NCBI GenBank assembly: GCA_964401385.1
Contig: CAYNYF010000002.1
Span: 25,046 to 89,045 of the forward strand
DNA length: 64,000 bases
Origin: an uncultured Planctomycetaceae bacterium
GTDB lineage: Bacteria; Planctomycetota; Phycisphaerae; SM23-33
Reading direction: 5' to 3'
A program made the position numbers and the translations under genes. Below the pieces are notes generated by a model that saw only the letters and a program-made list of their open reading frames with translations, searched no databases and was not told where the DNA came from. Below, one piece after another: positions 8,444 to 17,473 of this stretch; position 1 is the first letter of the stretch; each line of letters starts with the position of its first letter.

Positions 8444-9997
8444 ATGGGGAAAGAGCTGAGCCGAATCGTCGTCCGAACCGACCACAGTGTGGACTGCTCC
8501 AGCCCGGCCAGCATCGTCGCCGACGTCTGCCGAGGCTGCCGCAGCGACCGCGACAAGGCCGTGGCCATTTACAATTTCCTGGTCCGCACCGTGTACATGC
8601 CCAACCACTCCCATCGCCCGGTCGAGCCGGCGGACGAGGCCACCCGGCGAAAGGTGGGCCTGGACCTGTGGTTCGTTAACGACCCGATCAAGTACGTGAC
8701 GGTTTATGGCTGCTGCGGCTGCGGGCCGCAGGCGCACCTGTTTGCGACCCTCCTGGGCCAGGCGGGGCTGTCGTGCAGGCTGCTCGCCCCGGGCTTCGGG
8801 CACGTCAGTACGGAGGTTCGGTGGGGCGGCAAGTGGCACTGGCTGGACGTCTGGCTGCCGGCCTACGTCACCGACGGCACGGGTGAGATCTGCTGCTACG
8901 ACGAGCTGATGGCCGACCGCTCGCTGGTCGCCGACGCCCTGGCCGAGGGCCGCGCTTCGGGGAACTTCATCTGCAACCGCCGCGATCACCTGCCGGCCGT
9001 CATCCATGCCGGGAGGCACAAGCCCGGCGGGCGGGCCGGATACCGCCAGACGACCGTCGAGGACCTCCGCCTGCGCCCGGGCGAGTCGTGCACTTGGCTG
9101 TGGGGCAACGTCGGCAAGTGGTACTGGCCGGCGGCGTACTACCCCGGCGAGCTTCCCTGCGGCCCGGCGTTCAAGTACACCGGCGACCGGCACTGCGCCG
9201 ACGCCTTCGAGCACTGGCGCCCGTACCGCAAGCTCATCCGGCACGGGCCGCACGCGCCGGACAACGTGTACTACCGGTATTACGGCAACGCCATCTTCGA
9301 GTGCTGCCCGCCTCTGACGCGGCGCGGGCTGAAGGGCGTGGGCGCGAAGCTGGAGCACGTCGCCTTTGCCGGCGGCGGCGTCCGTTGCGGGAGGGCGCCG
9401 AAGGGCGGCGGCGCGGCCGTCGGCAGCATCGAGATCGATTTCGCCCTGCCGTACGTCATCGCTGACACCGAGATCGCCGGCACCGCCGACGTACCCTGCG
9501 GGGCCATCAGCTTCTGCTATTCCCTCGATGGCGGCCGAAACTGGCTGCTGGGAGGGGAGGTGAGAAAGAGCGGCAGCTTCGGACCCATCCACATCGGCCG
9601 GCCCAACACCTACGAGTATCCTGCGGGCAGCACGACGGGGCGGTATGGCTTCCGGCTGCGCGTGGTGCTCCGCGGCGGGGAGGCCGGCAAGGCCGCCACC
9701 CTGAAGTCCATGATCTTCACCAACACGACCATGCTGAACTTCTACTCCCGGCCGTGGCTGGAGGTGGGAGCGAACACAGTCACCGTCACCGCCCTAGGGG
9801 GCAAGGCCGTGAGGGCGGCGCCGCTGGAGGTCACCTGGCGGTGGCTGGAGGACTGGAAAGACGAGAAGAGCTTCACCCACAAGGTCGCCAGGAGCGGCGC
9901 GAAGGCCGTCATTAAGGTCGGCGGCAGGAAGCGCCCGAAGATGAAATCCATAACCATCGCCCGCCCGGCCGCGGGGCCCGGGCGGAATGACGAATGA
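8444..9997 (+). CDS. Hypothetical protein, paralog 2 of the trio; lacks the N-terminal signal peptide and is Cys-enriched
   Basis: 517 aa. Starts MGKELSRIVVRTDHSVDCSS, aligning to the mature N-terminus of paralogs 1 and 3. GGAG RBS 9 nt upstream and only 13 nt after the paralog-1 stop. Extra Cys: CCGCG, ICCYDE, FECCPP, VRCGRAP, FCYS. Confidence 0.7.
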   Translation: MGKELSRIVVRTDHSVDCSSPASIVADVCRGCRSDRDKAVAIYNFLVRTVYMPNHSHRPVEPADEATRRKVGLDLWFVNDPIKYVTVYGCCGCGPQAHLFATLLGQAGLSCRLLAPGFGHVSTEVRWGGKWHWLDVWLPAYVTDGTGEICCYDELMADRSLVADALAEGRASGNFICNRRDHLPAVIHAGRHKPGGRAGYRQTTVEDLRLRPGESCTWLWGNVGKWYWPAAYYPGELPCGPAFKYTGDRHCADAFEHWRPYRKLIRHGPHAPDNVYYRYYGNAIFECCPPLTRRGLKGVGAKLEHVAFAGGGVRCGRAPKGGGAAVGSIEIDFALPYVIADTEIAGTADVPCGAISFCYSLDGGRNWLLGGEVRKSGSFGPIHIGRPNTYEYPAGSTTGRYGFRLRVVLRGGEAGKAATLKSMIFTNTTMLNFYSRPWLEVGANTVTVTALGGKAVRAAPLEVTWRWLEDWKDEKSFTHKVARSGAKAVIKVGGRKRPKMKSITIARPAAGPGRNDE

Positions 9998-10121
9998 CCA
10001 AGCCCGAATGACGGGCCACGAAGCCCCCGCCTCTTCGACGTTCGGCCTTCGGGGCTGTCTGGTCGTTGGGGTTTGGCTATGGGTCATTCGCCAGTGGCTG
10101 CCCCGATGAAAGGAGTTGGTT

Positions 10122-11720
10122 ATGCACGAGTGCGCATTGATTCTTCTGGTTCTCACCATGTCGACGGCTGTCGGCGCCGCCGGCGTCGAGAGCATCGTCG
10201 TCGACACCGACCGCAGCGTCAACTGCACCTCGCTGGAAACGATCGTCGCCGACGTCACCCGCGGCTGCAAGACGCAGCAGGACAAGGCGATCGCCATCTA
10301 CAACTTCATGGTGCGGGCCGTGTGGATGGACTGGCACTCCCACCGCCCGCTGGAGATGAAGAACATCCAGTACCAGGGCAAGCGCCAGGACAAGCTGGTG
10401 TTCGCCAACGACCCGATTAAGTACATCGTGGTGTACGGCTTCTGCGGCTGCGGGCCGCAGGCGGGCGTCTACGGGGCGCTGTGCGAGGCCGCCGGGCTGA
10501 AATTCCGGCAGCTTGACCCCGGCTTCGGGCACGTCAGCGGCGAGGTCTTCTGCGAGGGAAAGTGGCGCTGGCTGGACGTGTGGCTGCCGGCCTACGTGAC
10601 CGACGGGAAAGGCGAGATCTACTCCTATGACGAGATCATGCAGGATCGGACGCGCTTCACCAAGGCCAGGGACGAAGGCCGCTGCCCGGTCAACTTCATG
10701 GTCAACTACAGCGCGGACGTCAACGCCGTAAAGAACGCGAAGAACCACAAGGCCGGCGGCCGGCCGTACTCGCAGAAGCACGTCGAGAACCTCGCCCTCC
10801 GTCCGGGCGAGTCGGTCACCTGGCTGTGGGGCAACGTGGGCAAGTGGTACTCGCCGGCGGGCCCGTACCTGGGAAGGCACCTCGACCGCCAGTTTCCCTC
10901 CGGCCCGGCCACCAAGTTCGCCAACGAGCGCGTCCTCAAGGACGCCTTCGGCTACTGGGAGCCGTACGCCAAGACGATTCCGGACGGCCCGCGTTCGAGG
11001 TGGAACAAGACCTACTACCGCTACTACGGCAACGGGATCTTCACCCACCAGCCGGCGCTGACGAAGCAGGGCGTCGACGACTTCGACATGAAGCTGGACA
11101 ACGTCCGCCCCCTGCCCGACGGCGGACTGGCGCTGACCGGGGGCGCCGGAGGGCGCGCCGAGCTGAGCTTCAAGCTGCCCTACGTCATCGCCGACACTGA
11201 GATCGAGGGCAGCGCGGAAGTGGGCAACGGGGGCGGGCTGAGCTTCTGCTTCTCCACCGACGGCGGGAAGACGTGGCTGCTCGGCGGGGAGGTCAAGACC
11301 AGCGGCGAGTTCGGCCCCATCCGGATCGGCAAGCCCAACACCTACGAGTTCCCCGCCGGCTCGACCAGCGGGCAGTACGGCTTTGCCCTGCGGATTGTTT
11401 TCCGCTGCGACGCCGACAGAAAGCCGGCGGTGCTCAAGAAGCTGAAGGTCACCAACACCACCATGCTGAACTTCTATTCGCGCCCTTGGCTGGAACCGGG
11501 CAGGAACAAGGTGACCGTCACCTGCAAGAGCGCCCGCGCCCTGGCCGCCACGCCGCTGGAGGTCACTTGGCGGTGGGTGGAAGGCTGGGACACAAAAGAC
11601 CCAAAGGCAAAGTCCTTCCAGCACAAGGTCACCAGGAACGGAGCGGAGTCCACCGTCCAGGTTGGCGGGACCAAGCGGCCGAAGATGAAGTCCGTGACCA
11701 TCTCCTGCCCGGCCCGATAG
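10122..11720 (+). CDS. Secreted hypothetical protein, paralog 3 of the trio
   Basis: ATG at 10122 preceded by AGGAG; the track start at 10116 is a TTG inside the RBS. Signal peptide MHECALILLVLTMSTAVGAAG, then the same conserved blocks as paralog 1. Confidence 0.7.
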   Translation: MHECALILLVLTMSTAVGAAGVESIVVDTDRSVNCTSLETIVADVTRGCKTQQDKAIAIYNFMVRAVWMDWHSHRPLEMKNIQYQGKRQDKLVFANDPIKYIVVYGFCGCGPQAGVYGALCEAAGLKFRQLDPGFGHVSGEVFCEGKWRWLDVWLPAYVTDGKGEIYSYDEIMQDRTRFTKARDEGRCPVNFMVNYSADVNAVKNAKNHKAGGRPYSQKHVENLALRPGESVTWLWGNVGKWYSPAGPYLGRHLDRQFPSGPATKFANERVLKDAFGYWEPYAKTIPDGPRSRWNKTYYRYYGNGIFTHQPALTKQGVDDFDMKLDNVRPLPDGGLALTGGAGGRAELSFKLPYVIADTEIEGSAEVGNGGGLSFCFSTDGGKTWLLGGEVKTSGEFGPIRIGKPNTYEFPAGSTSGQYGFALRIVFRCDADRKPAVLKKLKVTNTTMLNFYSRPWLEPGRNKVTVTCKSARALAATPLEVTWRWVEGWDTKDPKAKSFQHKVTRNGAESTVQVGGTKRPKMKSVTISCPAR

Positions 11721-11778
11721 CCCGCCGCTGACCGCCTTGCCGACCGGCCCCGGCGGCGCGCGACACGCCCGGCCGAAT

Positions 11779-11787
11779 TGGTACAAT
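11779..11787 (+). promoter_or_regulatory. Extended -10 promoter element TGgTACAAT upstream of mnmG
   Basis: ttgGTACAATggg lies ~70 nt upstream of the mnmG ATG in an intergenic region. The -35 is weak (CGACAC). Confidence 0.3.
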
Positions 11788-11856
11788 GGGCGTTCGCCGA
11801 GGCTCCGGCGACGGCTTGTCTCGGCCGGCCTGCCCGACAGATGGTAGGCGGGCGGC

Positions 11857-13755
11857 ATGGTGATGAACCAGCTTGACTTTGACATCGTGGTCATCGGCGG
11901 CGGCCACGCCGGGGCGGAGGCCGCCTGGGCGGCGGCGCGTCTGGGCGTGCGGACGGTGCTGGCGACCATGCGTCGCTCGACCATTGCCCAGATGTCGTGC
12001 AACCCGGCCATCGGCGGCGTGGGCAAGGGCCAGATCGTCCGCGAGATCGACGCCCTCGGCGGACTGATGGGCATCGCCGCCGACGCCACGGCCATGCAGT
12101 TCCGCATGCTCAACCGCTCCAGGGGCCCGGCCGTGTGGGGGCCGCGCTGCCAATCCGACCGGCATGCCTACGCAGCGTTCGTGCAGAAGCTTTTGGCGGG
12201 CCTGGAGAACCTGACGATCCTCGAAGGCGAAGTTACGGATATCGTCACGGAGGACGGCTGCGTCGTCGGGGTAAGAGTGAGCGCCGCCCGGGAGGGAGAG
12301 GCCGTCGGGTCCAGCTCCGGGCAAATGGAGCTTTCCTGTCGGGCCGTGATCCTCACGGCCGGAACGTTCCTGGGAGGCCGGATGCACTGCGGGGACCGGA
12401 TCTGGCCCGGCGGGCGCTACGGCGAGCCGGCGGCCGAGACGCTCGGCCGATCGCTGCAAGCCCTGGGCATCCGATTGGGCCGGCTGAAGACCGGAACCTG
12501 CCCCCGCGTCGCCAGCGAGAGCATCGACCACGAGAAATGCACCCGCCAGGACGGAGATGATTCGCCCGTTCCGTTCTCATTCATGAACGATCGGGTGGAC
12601 CTGTGGCAGATTCCGTGCTGGCTGACCGCCACCAATGCCACGATCCATCAAGCCATCCGGGACAACCTCCCGCGGCTGCCGCTGTTTTCCGGGCAGATCC
12701 AATCCACCGGGCCGCGTTATTGCCCGTCGCTGGAGCTGAAGGTGTATCGTTTCGCCGAAAAGGACAGCCACCAGGTATTCCTGGAGCCCGAGGGGCGGCA
12801 GACCAACTGGGTGTACCTGAACGGCGTTGCCACCTCCGTGCCGGTCGACTTACAGGAGTTCATCGTGCACAACCTGCCCGGTTTGGAGCGGGCCGAGGTG
12901 CTTCGCTGGGGCTATGCCATCGAGTACGACTTCGCCGACCCGACGCAGTTGAGGCCGACGCTGGAGGCCAAGCAGGTAGGGCGGCTGTTCCTTGCCGGCC
13001 AGGTCAACGGCACCACCGGCTACGAGGAAGCTGCCGGACAGGGCCTGATCGCCGCGGTCAACGCCGTGGCCGGGCTGCGCGGCTTGGCGCCGCTGATTTT
13101 GCGGCGCGACCAGGCGTATATCGGCGTCATGATCGACGATCTGGTCACCAAGGGCGTGGTCGAGCCGTACCGCATGTTCACCAGCCGAGCCGAGCACCGC
13201 CTGCTGCTGCGCAGCGACAACGCCGACCGGCGGCTCACGCCCGTCGGCCGGCAGATCGGGCTGGTGGATGAAGGCCGGTGGGGAAAATTCTCCGCCAAAA
13301 GGCAGGCGGCGGGTGAGGCCGAGGAATTGTTCCACGCCGTCCGCATCGACCGGAAAACTCTCGCCCAAGAGTTGGCCATGCCGGGCGTGGGCGTCGAGCA
13401 GCTCCTGGTCGGCGGCCCAGACGGACGGGAGCCGCGGGCCTCGCGCCGGCTGCGGACGTTGCTTTCCCTCTGGCGCGAGCATCGCGACGCCCTCCAGACG
13501 GTTGCCATCGATTGCCGCTACGCCGGCTACGTCGCCAGGCAGCGCGCCGCGGCCGGCAAGCTGGTGGAGCTGGAGGAGAGGGTGATCCCCGAGCGGCTGG
13601 ACTACTCGGCCGTGCCGCACCTGCGGGCAGAGGCCAGGCAGCGTCTGAAGTCCATCCGCCCCAAGACGCTCGGCCAGGCCCTGCGCGTCAGCGGCATCAC
13701 GCCCGCCGACATCACCGTGCTGATGATTCACTTGGCCGGGAGAGCCAGAGCCTAA
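11857..13755 (+). CDS. mnmG: tRNA uridine 5-carboxymethylaminomethyl modification enzyme MnmG (GidA)
   Basis: 632 aa. FDIVVIGGGHAGAEAAWAAARLG, the FAD-binding GxGxxG; ...SCNPAIGGVGKG...; full-length MnmG architecture. Confidence 0.9.
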   Translation: MVMNQLDFDIVVIGGGHAGAEAAWAAARLGVRTVLATMRRSTIAQMSCNPAIGGVGKGQIVREIDALGGLMGIAADATAMQFRMLNRSRGPAVWGPRCQSDRHAYAAFVQKLLAGLENLTILEGEVTDIVTEDGCVVGVRVSAAREGEAVGSSSGQMELSCRAVILTAGTFLGGRMHCGDRIWPGGRYGEPAAETLGRSLQALGIRLGRLKTGTCPRVASESIDHEKCTRQDGDDSPVPFSFMNDRVDLWQIPCWLTATNATIHQAIRDNLPRLPLFSGQIQSTGPRYCPSLELKVYRFAEKDSHQVFLEPEGRQTNWVYLNGVATSVPVDLQEFIVHNLPGLERAEVLRWGYAIEYDFADPTQLRPTLEAKQVGRLFLAGQVNGTTGYEEAAGQGLIAAVNAVAGLRGLAPLILRRDQAYIGVMIDDLVTKGVVEPYRMFTSRAEHRLLLRSDNADRRLTPVGRQIGLVDEGRWGKFSAKRQAAGEAEELFHAVRIDRKTLAQELAMPGVGVEQLLVGGPDGREPRASRRLRTLLSLWREHRDALQTVAIDCRYAGYVARQRAAAGKLVELEERVIPERLDYSAVPHLRAEARQRLKSIRPKTLGQALRVSGITPADITVLMIHLAGRARA

Positions 13756-14113
13756 CCGGCGCAGTACGACCCTGTGAACATGGGAAATCTGAGGAATCTG
13801 CGCGCCCTTTCCCGGCCGACTGAGAGGCAAAGAATTCCGGCGAAGACCCGCCCGGAATCGAGAAAACGCGCGCACGCCCTGTTACTACGGACACTTACCG
13901 GACATTGCGATTTCCAGCAATCATTGAACGGATCGGGCATTCCTGACCGATATTCCAACAGCAAGGACGGGATCGAGGGAGCCTGAAGGATCGGGCTCCG
14001 GCAGTTGGTACAGGCAGGCCGGCGCGTGGCCCATGCACTCCAACACGCACCCAGCGCCAAGGATGGCAGGCGGGTGAATTTTTGCGCCTGCATGTGGCCG
14101 CGTCTCCGGTTGA

Positions 14114-14395
14114 TTGGACTGGAAAATGGACCAAGGCAATCGCAAGTCGACTTCGGCCAAGAACGGACGTCGCCCGGCGAAGGCCGGGGCGGCAGGGCGT
14201 GGCCCGCGCCGGGCTAAGCGGGCCAAGAAGGCGGGCGAGCCGGCTGAATGGATCCGCAAGGCGCGAAAGCTGCCTCCCGTCCGGAAGGACCTGGTCCGCC
14301 GCGTAAAGGCCGAAATCGCCGCCGGCAAGTACGAGACCCCCGAAAAGCTCGAGATAGCGATACAGCAGCTTCTGGACGGTCTAATGCAGGAATGA
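14114..14395 (+). CDS. flgM: Anti-sigma-28 factor FlgM-like protein
   Basis: 93 aa. Basic, disordered N-terminus. The C-terminal VRKDLVRRVKAEIAAGKYETPEKLEIAIQQLLDGL matches the FlgM sigma-28-binding helix pattern (V-E-K-AI--G-Y--D--K-A--LL). Confidence 0.5.
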   Translation: MDWKMDQGNRKSTSAKNGRRPAKAGAAGRGPRRAKRAKKAGEPAEWIRKARKLPPVRKDLVRRVKAEIAAGKYETPEKLEIAIQQLLDGLMQE

Positions 14396-14459
14396 CCCCG
14401 GCCGAGCAAGGCCGCCAGCGCAAATCGAAGACAAGCCCCAAGACGATCTTGCCGATAGT

Positions 14460-14729
14460 ATGGATACCTCCGTCGGGCGCGCCAAGCCCGGCTGGCGCTC
14501 GCCAGGGCCTTTGCTCATGAGCGCGAAACGAAAGGACAGACCCCTCCCAGAGGCCAAGTCGATGAGCCGCCAAGAGCTCGTCGAGGGCATCCTCAGGATG
14601 AAGTGCGACTTCCCGCTCGACTTCACCGCCGAGTACCTCAGCGGCCTGCCGATGGAAAAGCTGCGTCACCTGTACCTGGCCCTGCGCCCACTGACGAACC
14701 AACAACAAGGACCGCCCGCCGGCGCGTGA
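14460..14729 (+). CDS. Small hypothetical protein; start uncertain (possibly the ATG at 14564, giving ~55 aa)
   Basis: ORF in the gap between the flgM-like gene and lpxI. No recognisable motif; retained only because it fills an otherwise empty same-strand gap. Confidence 0.25.
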   Translation: MDTSVGRAKPGWRSPGPLLMSAKRKDRPLPEAKSMSRQELVEGILRMKCDFPLDFTAEYLSGLPMEKLRHLYLALRPLTNQQQGPPAGA

Positions 14730-14798
14730 CGGCCGGTGGGGACGATGCGGGCGCCGGATCGCCAACGGGGGGATTCGCCCGTGAACCAAACGGCCTTT

Positions 14799-15641
14799 TC
14801 AGGTCCGCTTTCCCAGTACCGCGATGCCGTAGCGGTCGGCCGAGGCCAGCGCGTCAGGCTTGTCGAGGATGATCGTCCTGCCGGCCTCGAGGACCAGACA
14901 GATGCACCCGGCGGCGCGCAGACGTTTCATCGTGTCCGGCCCGACGGTGGGCACGTCGAAGCGCATGTCCTGATCGGGCCGGGCGACCTTCACCAGTGTC
15001 CAACCGCCGCTGCGGCAGAGCCGGCCGGCACGGTCGATCATCTCGTCGGTTCCCTCCATCGCCTCGACCGCGATGATGTCGCCTTCCTTGACCGCCAGAC
15101 ACTGGCCGATGTCCAGGTCGGCGCTGCGGCGGGCGATGCGAAAGCCGAATTCCACGTCCGCCTCCGCCGATCGCGGAACCGCCCGTTTCGTCATCAACCC
15201 CTCGCTGGCAAGATGTTCGCGACAGTATTCCACGCTGGACATCAGTCTGATGCCCTCCCGTGCCAGCTCGTCGGCCACTGCCAGCAAGACGGCGTTATCG
15301 CGCCGGTCGTGCCGCAGCCGTCGGTACCACAACCTGGCCGTGCGGAGATCCGGCAGGTACCGCAGGAGCCGAAGCGGCGAATACATGTCCGCTTTCCGCA
15401 CCCCGCCGGCGAGAATGGCCTCGCGCACCCGGTGCCGGCGCAGCAGCCCGATCCACCTGCTGATGCGGGCCACGCCCGCCCAGGCGAACTCATCGGCCAG
15501 CTCGCGCAGGGTCGAGTCAGCCTGGCCGCGAAGGCCCACCACGATCAGGGGCCGCGCCGTCCGCCGGACGCCCCGGGCAATCAGCACGGGCAGCCGTCCG
15601 CGGCCGGCGATCAGCCCAAGTGGTTCGGCGGTCTGACTCAC
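14799..15641 (-). CDS. lpxI: UDP-2,3-diacylglucosamine pyrophosphatase LpxI (DUF1009 family)
   Basis: 280 aa. LGLIAGRGRLP N-terminus and overall LpxI-like pattern. 4-bp overlap with upstream lpxD. Confidence 0.7.
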   Translation of the reverse strand: MSQTAEPLGLIAGRGRLPVLIARGVRRTARPLIVVGLRGQADSTLRELADEFAWAGVARISRWIGLLRRHRVREAILAGGVRKADMYSPLRLLRYLPDLRTARLWYRRLRHDRRDNAVLLAVADELAREGIRLMSSVEYCREHLASEGLMTKRAVPRSAEADVEFGFRIARRSADLDIGQCLAVKEGDIIAVEAMEGTDEMIDRAGRLCRSGGWTLVKVARPDQDMRFDVPTVGPDTMKRLRAAGCICLVLEAGRTIILDKPDALASADRYGIAVLGKRT

Positions 15642-16708
15642 GTGTCCTGCCCGTTGGACGCCTCGCCTTGCGCCTGGAGCTTTGCCACCTCAGCCGACAG
15701 CTTCCGCAACTTCTCCCGGAAGGCCGGAAGCTGGCTCAGCAAAGAATACACCCGCCGGGCCTGGGCCCGCGGAATCGCCGGGGCCCCCATCACGTCCTGG
15801 CCGCTGGGAACGTCATCCACGACGCCGGCCTGAGCGGCCACGCCCACGTTGTCGCCGATGGTCCTGTGCCCGACAACACCGCTCTGTCCGCCGAAGACGC
15901 AGTAGTCTCCGATGGTAGTCGAGCCGGCCACGCCCGACTGGGCCACGAACAGGCAGTGCCGGCCCACCCGGGTGCCGTGCCCGATGGCGACGAGATTGGA
16001 GAACTTCGTTCCCGCGGCAATCACGGTTGGGCCCACAGTGGCCCGGTCGATGGTGCAGCAGGCGCCGATCTCCACATCGTCGCCGATCTCCACCCAGCCG
16101 GCGGCGGGAATCTTCTCATGCCGCCCGGCGTGCGTGGCGTAGCCGAGGCCGTCCTGGCCGACGACGGTGCAGGCGTGAATGGCGACCCGATCGCCCAGAA
16201 TCGTCCCTTCGTAGAGGACCACGTTGGGATACAGCACGCAGTCGCGCCCGATCTTGCAGTCGGCGGCCACGAAAACGCCGGGATACAGCACCGCGCCGTC
16301 GCCGATCTCCGCGTTCGCCCTGACCGTGGCGAACTGGGCCACCGCGACGTTGGGGCCCAGCCGTGCGGTCGGATCCACCCGGGCCAAGGCGTCCACCCCG
16401 CTGAAGGGGTGCTCGCGGAAACCGTATAGAAGCACCATCGCCTCGCGGAAGGCGAAATACGGATCGTCGCAGCGGATGAGGCTCTGGCCGGGCCCATCGT
16501 AGTCGGTCGAGACGATCACCGCGGCCGCGGCGGTGGTGGACATGAACTTTCTGTACCGGGCGTTGGCCAGGAAGGAAACTTCGTCTTCGCTGGCCTCGGC
16601 GAGTCCGTTTGCCCCGCGGACCAGCTTCCCGGCCTCGCCGGAGAGGCTGCCGCCGAGCCTGTCGGCCAGTTCGCCCAGCGTGATTTCCTTGGCTTTGGCT
16701 TTGTCCAT
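15638..16708 (-). CDS. lpxD: UDP-3-O-acylglucosamine N-acyltransferase LpxD
   Basis: MDKAKAKEITLGELADRLGG...VSFLANARYRKF..., followed by long left-handed beta-helix hexapeptide repeats (IGDGAVLYPGVFVAADCKIGRDCVLYPNVVLYEG...). The start was trimmed from the 410-aa track ORF to the ATG at 16706-16708. Confidence 0.85.
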   Translation of the reverse strand: MDKAKAKEITLGELADRLGGSLSGEAGKLVRGANGLAEASEDEVSFLANARYRKFMSTTAAAAVIVSTDYDGPGQSLIRCDDPYFAFREAMVLLYGFREHPFSGVDALARVDPTARLGPNVAVAQFATVRANAEIGDGAVLYPGVFVAADCKIGRDCVLYPNVVLYEGTILGDRVAIHACTVVGQDGLGYATHAGRHEKIPAAGWVEIGDDVEIGACCTIDRATVGPTVIAAGTKFSNLVAIGHGTRVGRHCLFVAQSGVAGSTTIGDYCVFGGQSGVVGHRTIGDNVGVAAQAGVVDDVPSGQDVMGAPAIPRAQARRVYSLLSQLPAFREKLRKLSAEVAKLQAQGEASNGQDT

Positions 16709-16960
16709 GGCGAGAGTGAAGGTAATGCCGCCGGCGGACGGCGTCAAGGACGGTAAGTGTCCGCCAGCGACGGCGCCCGCCGACGGGCGGCTGCGGCGGG
16801 ATTGTCCGACCCGCACGGCGCCTCGGCATGGTCGTGGTCCCGGACGGCCTTCGGCCATGGCCTGCGACATATCTACCTGTGGCGAAAGGCCCTGCCGGTG
16901 GCAGTCGGCCCGCCGAGCCGTAGTGCAGCGCCGCCGTCGGCAGGGAACAACTTGTAACCT

Positions 16961-16989
16961 TTGACGAAATGGGCATTCGCAGTTATGAT
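16961..16989 (+). promoter_or_regulatory. Sigma-70-like promoter TTGACG-N17-TATGAT
   Basis: ttgacg aaatgggcattcgcagt tatgat. The track's ATG start at 16961 lies inside this element. A GGAGG-cGGAG RBS follows at 17011-17020, then a GTG at 17021. Confidence 0.4.
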
Positions 16990-17020
16990 AGTATCAGAGC
17001 CGTGGTTTCTGGAGGCGGAG

Positions 17021-17473
17021 GTGAACCCATCCCGGCAAAAGCGTGTCGTGGCACTTATTGGTCCGGGTGCGCACCAGCCGGAGCTGCCTGATGCGGTCGA
17101 GGGGGTCTGCTGCACCAGCGGGTACGAGGCCGCGGCCGAGCTGCTGGTCGCTCCCGCTTCGGCGCTGCTGGTGGACCTGGGTCGAATCACCCGGTCTCAC
17201 GTGCGCCTGCTGGACATCGCCGGGCGGGTGGGCGTGCCCGTTGTGGCGTTCGGGGCCATCTCGGCCACCCTCAACGGAGCGACGCTGGCAACGGTGCGAC
17301 TGGTCAGCGCCGAGAACGTATCCGCGGCGCTTGCGGAGGTCCTCTCGGCTGCCGGCGTGTACGAGCCGTCCGAGCGGGACCTGGCCGACCGACCGACTCC
17401 GGCCGGGCCGCAGCCGCCCGCCGAGCGGCTCACGCGGGCCGAACTGGACGCCCTGATCGAGGAGAATCAGTGA
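17021..17473 (+). CDS. Degenerate receiver (pseudo-REC) domain protein
   Basis: The GTG start after a GGAGG RBS gives MNPSRQKRVVALIGPG...ALLVDLG...VPVVAFGA. This is REC-like topology, but the acidic pocket and the conserved Lys are missing. The stop overlaps the GTG start of the downstream GGDEF gene as GTGA. Confidence 0.5.
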   Translation: MNPSRQKRVVALIGPGAHQPELPDAVEGVCCTSGYEAAAELLVAPASALLVDLGRITRSHVRLLDIAGRVGVPVVAFGAISATLNGATLATVRLVSAENVSAALAEVLSAAGVYEPSERDLADRPTPAGPQPPAERLTRAELDALIEENQ

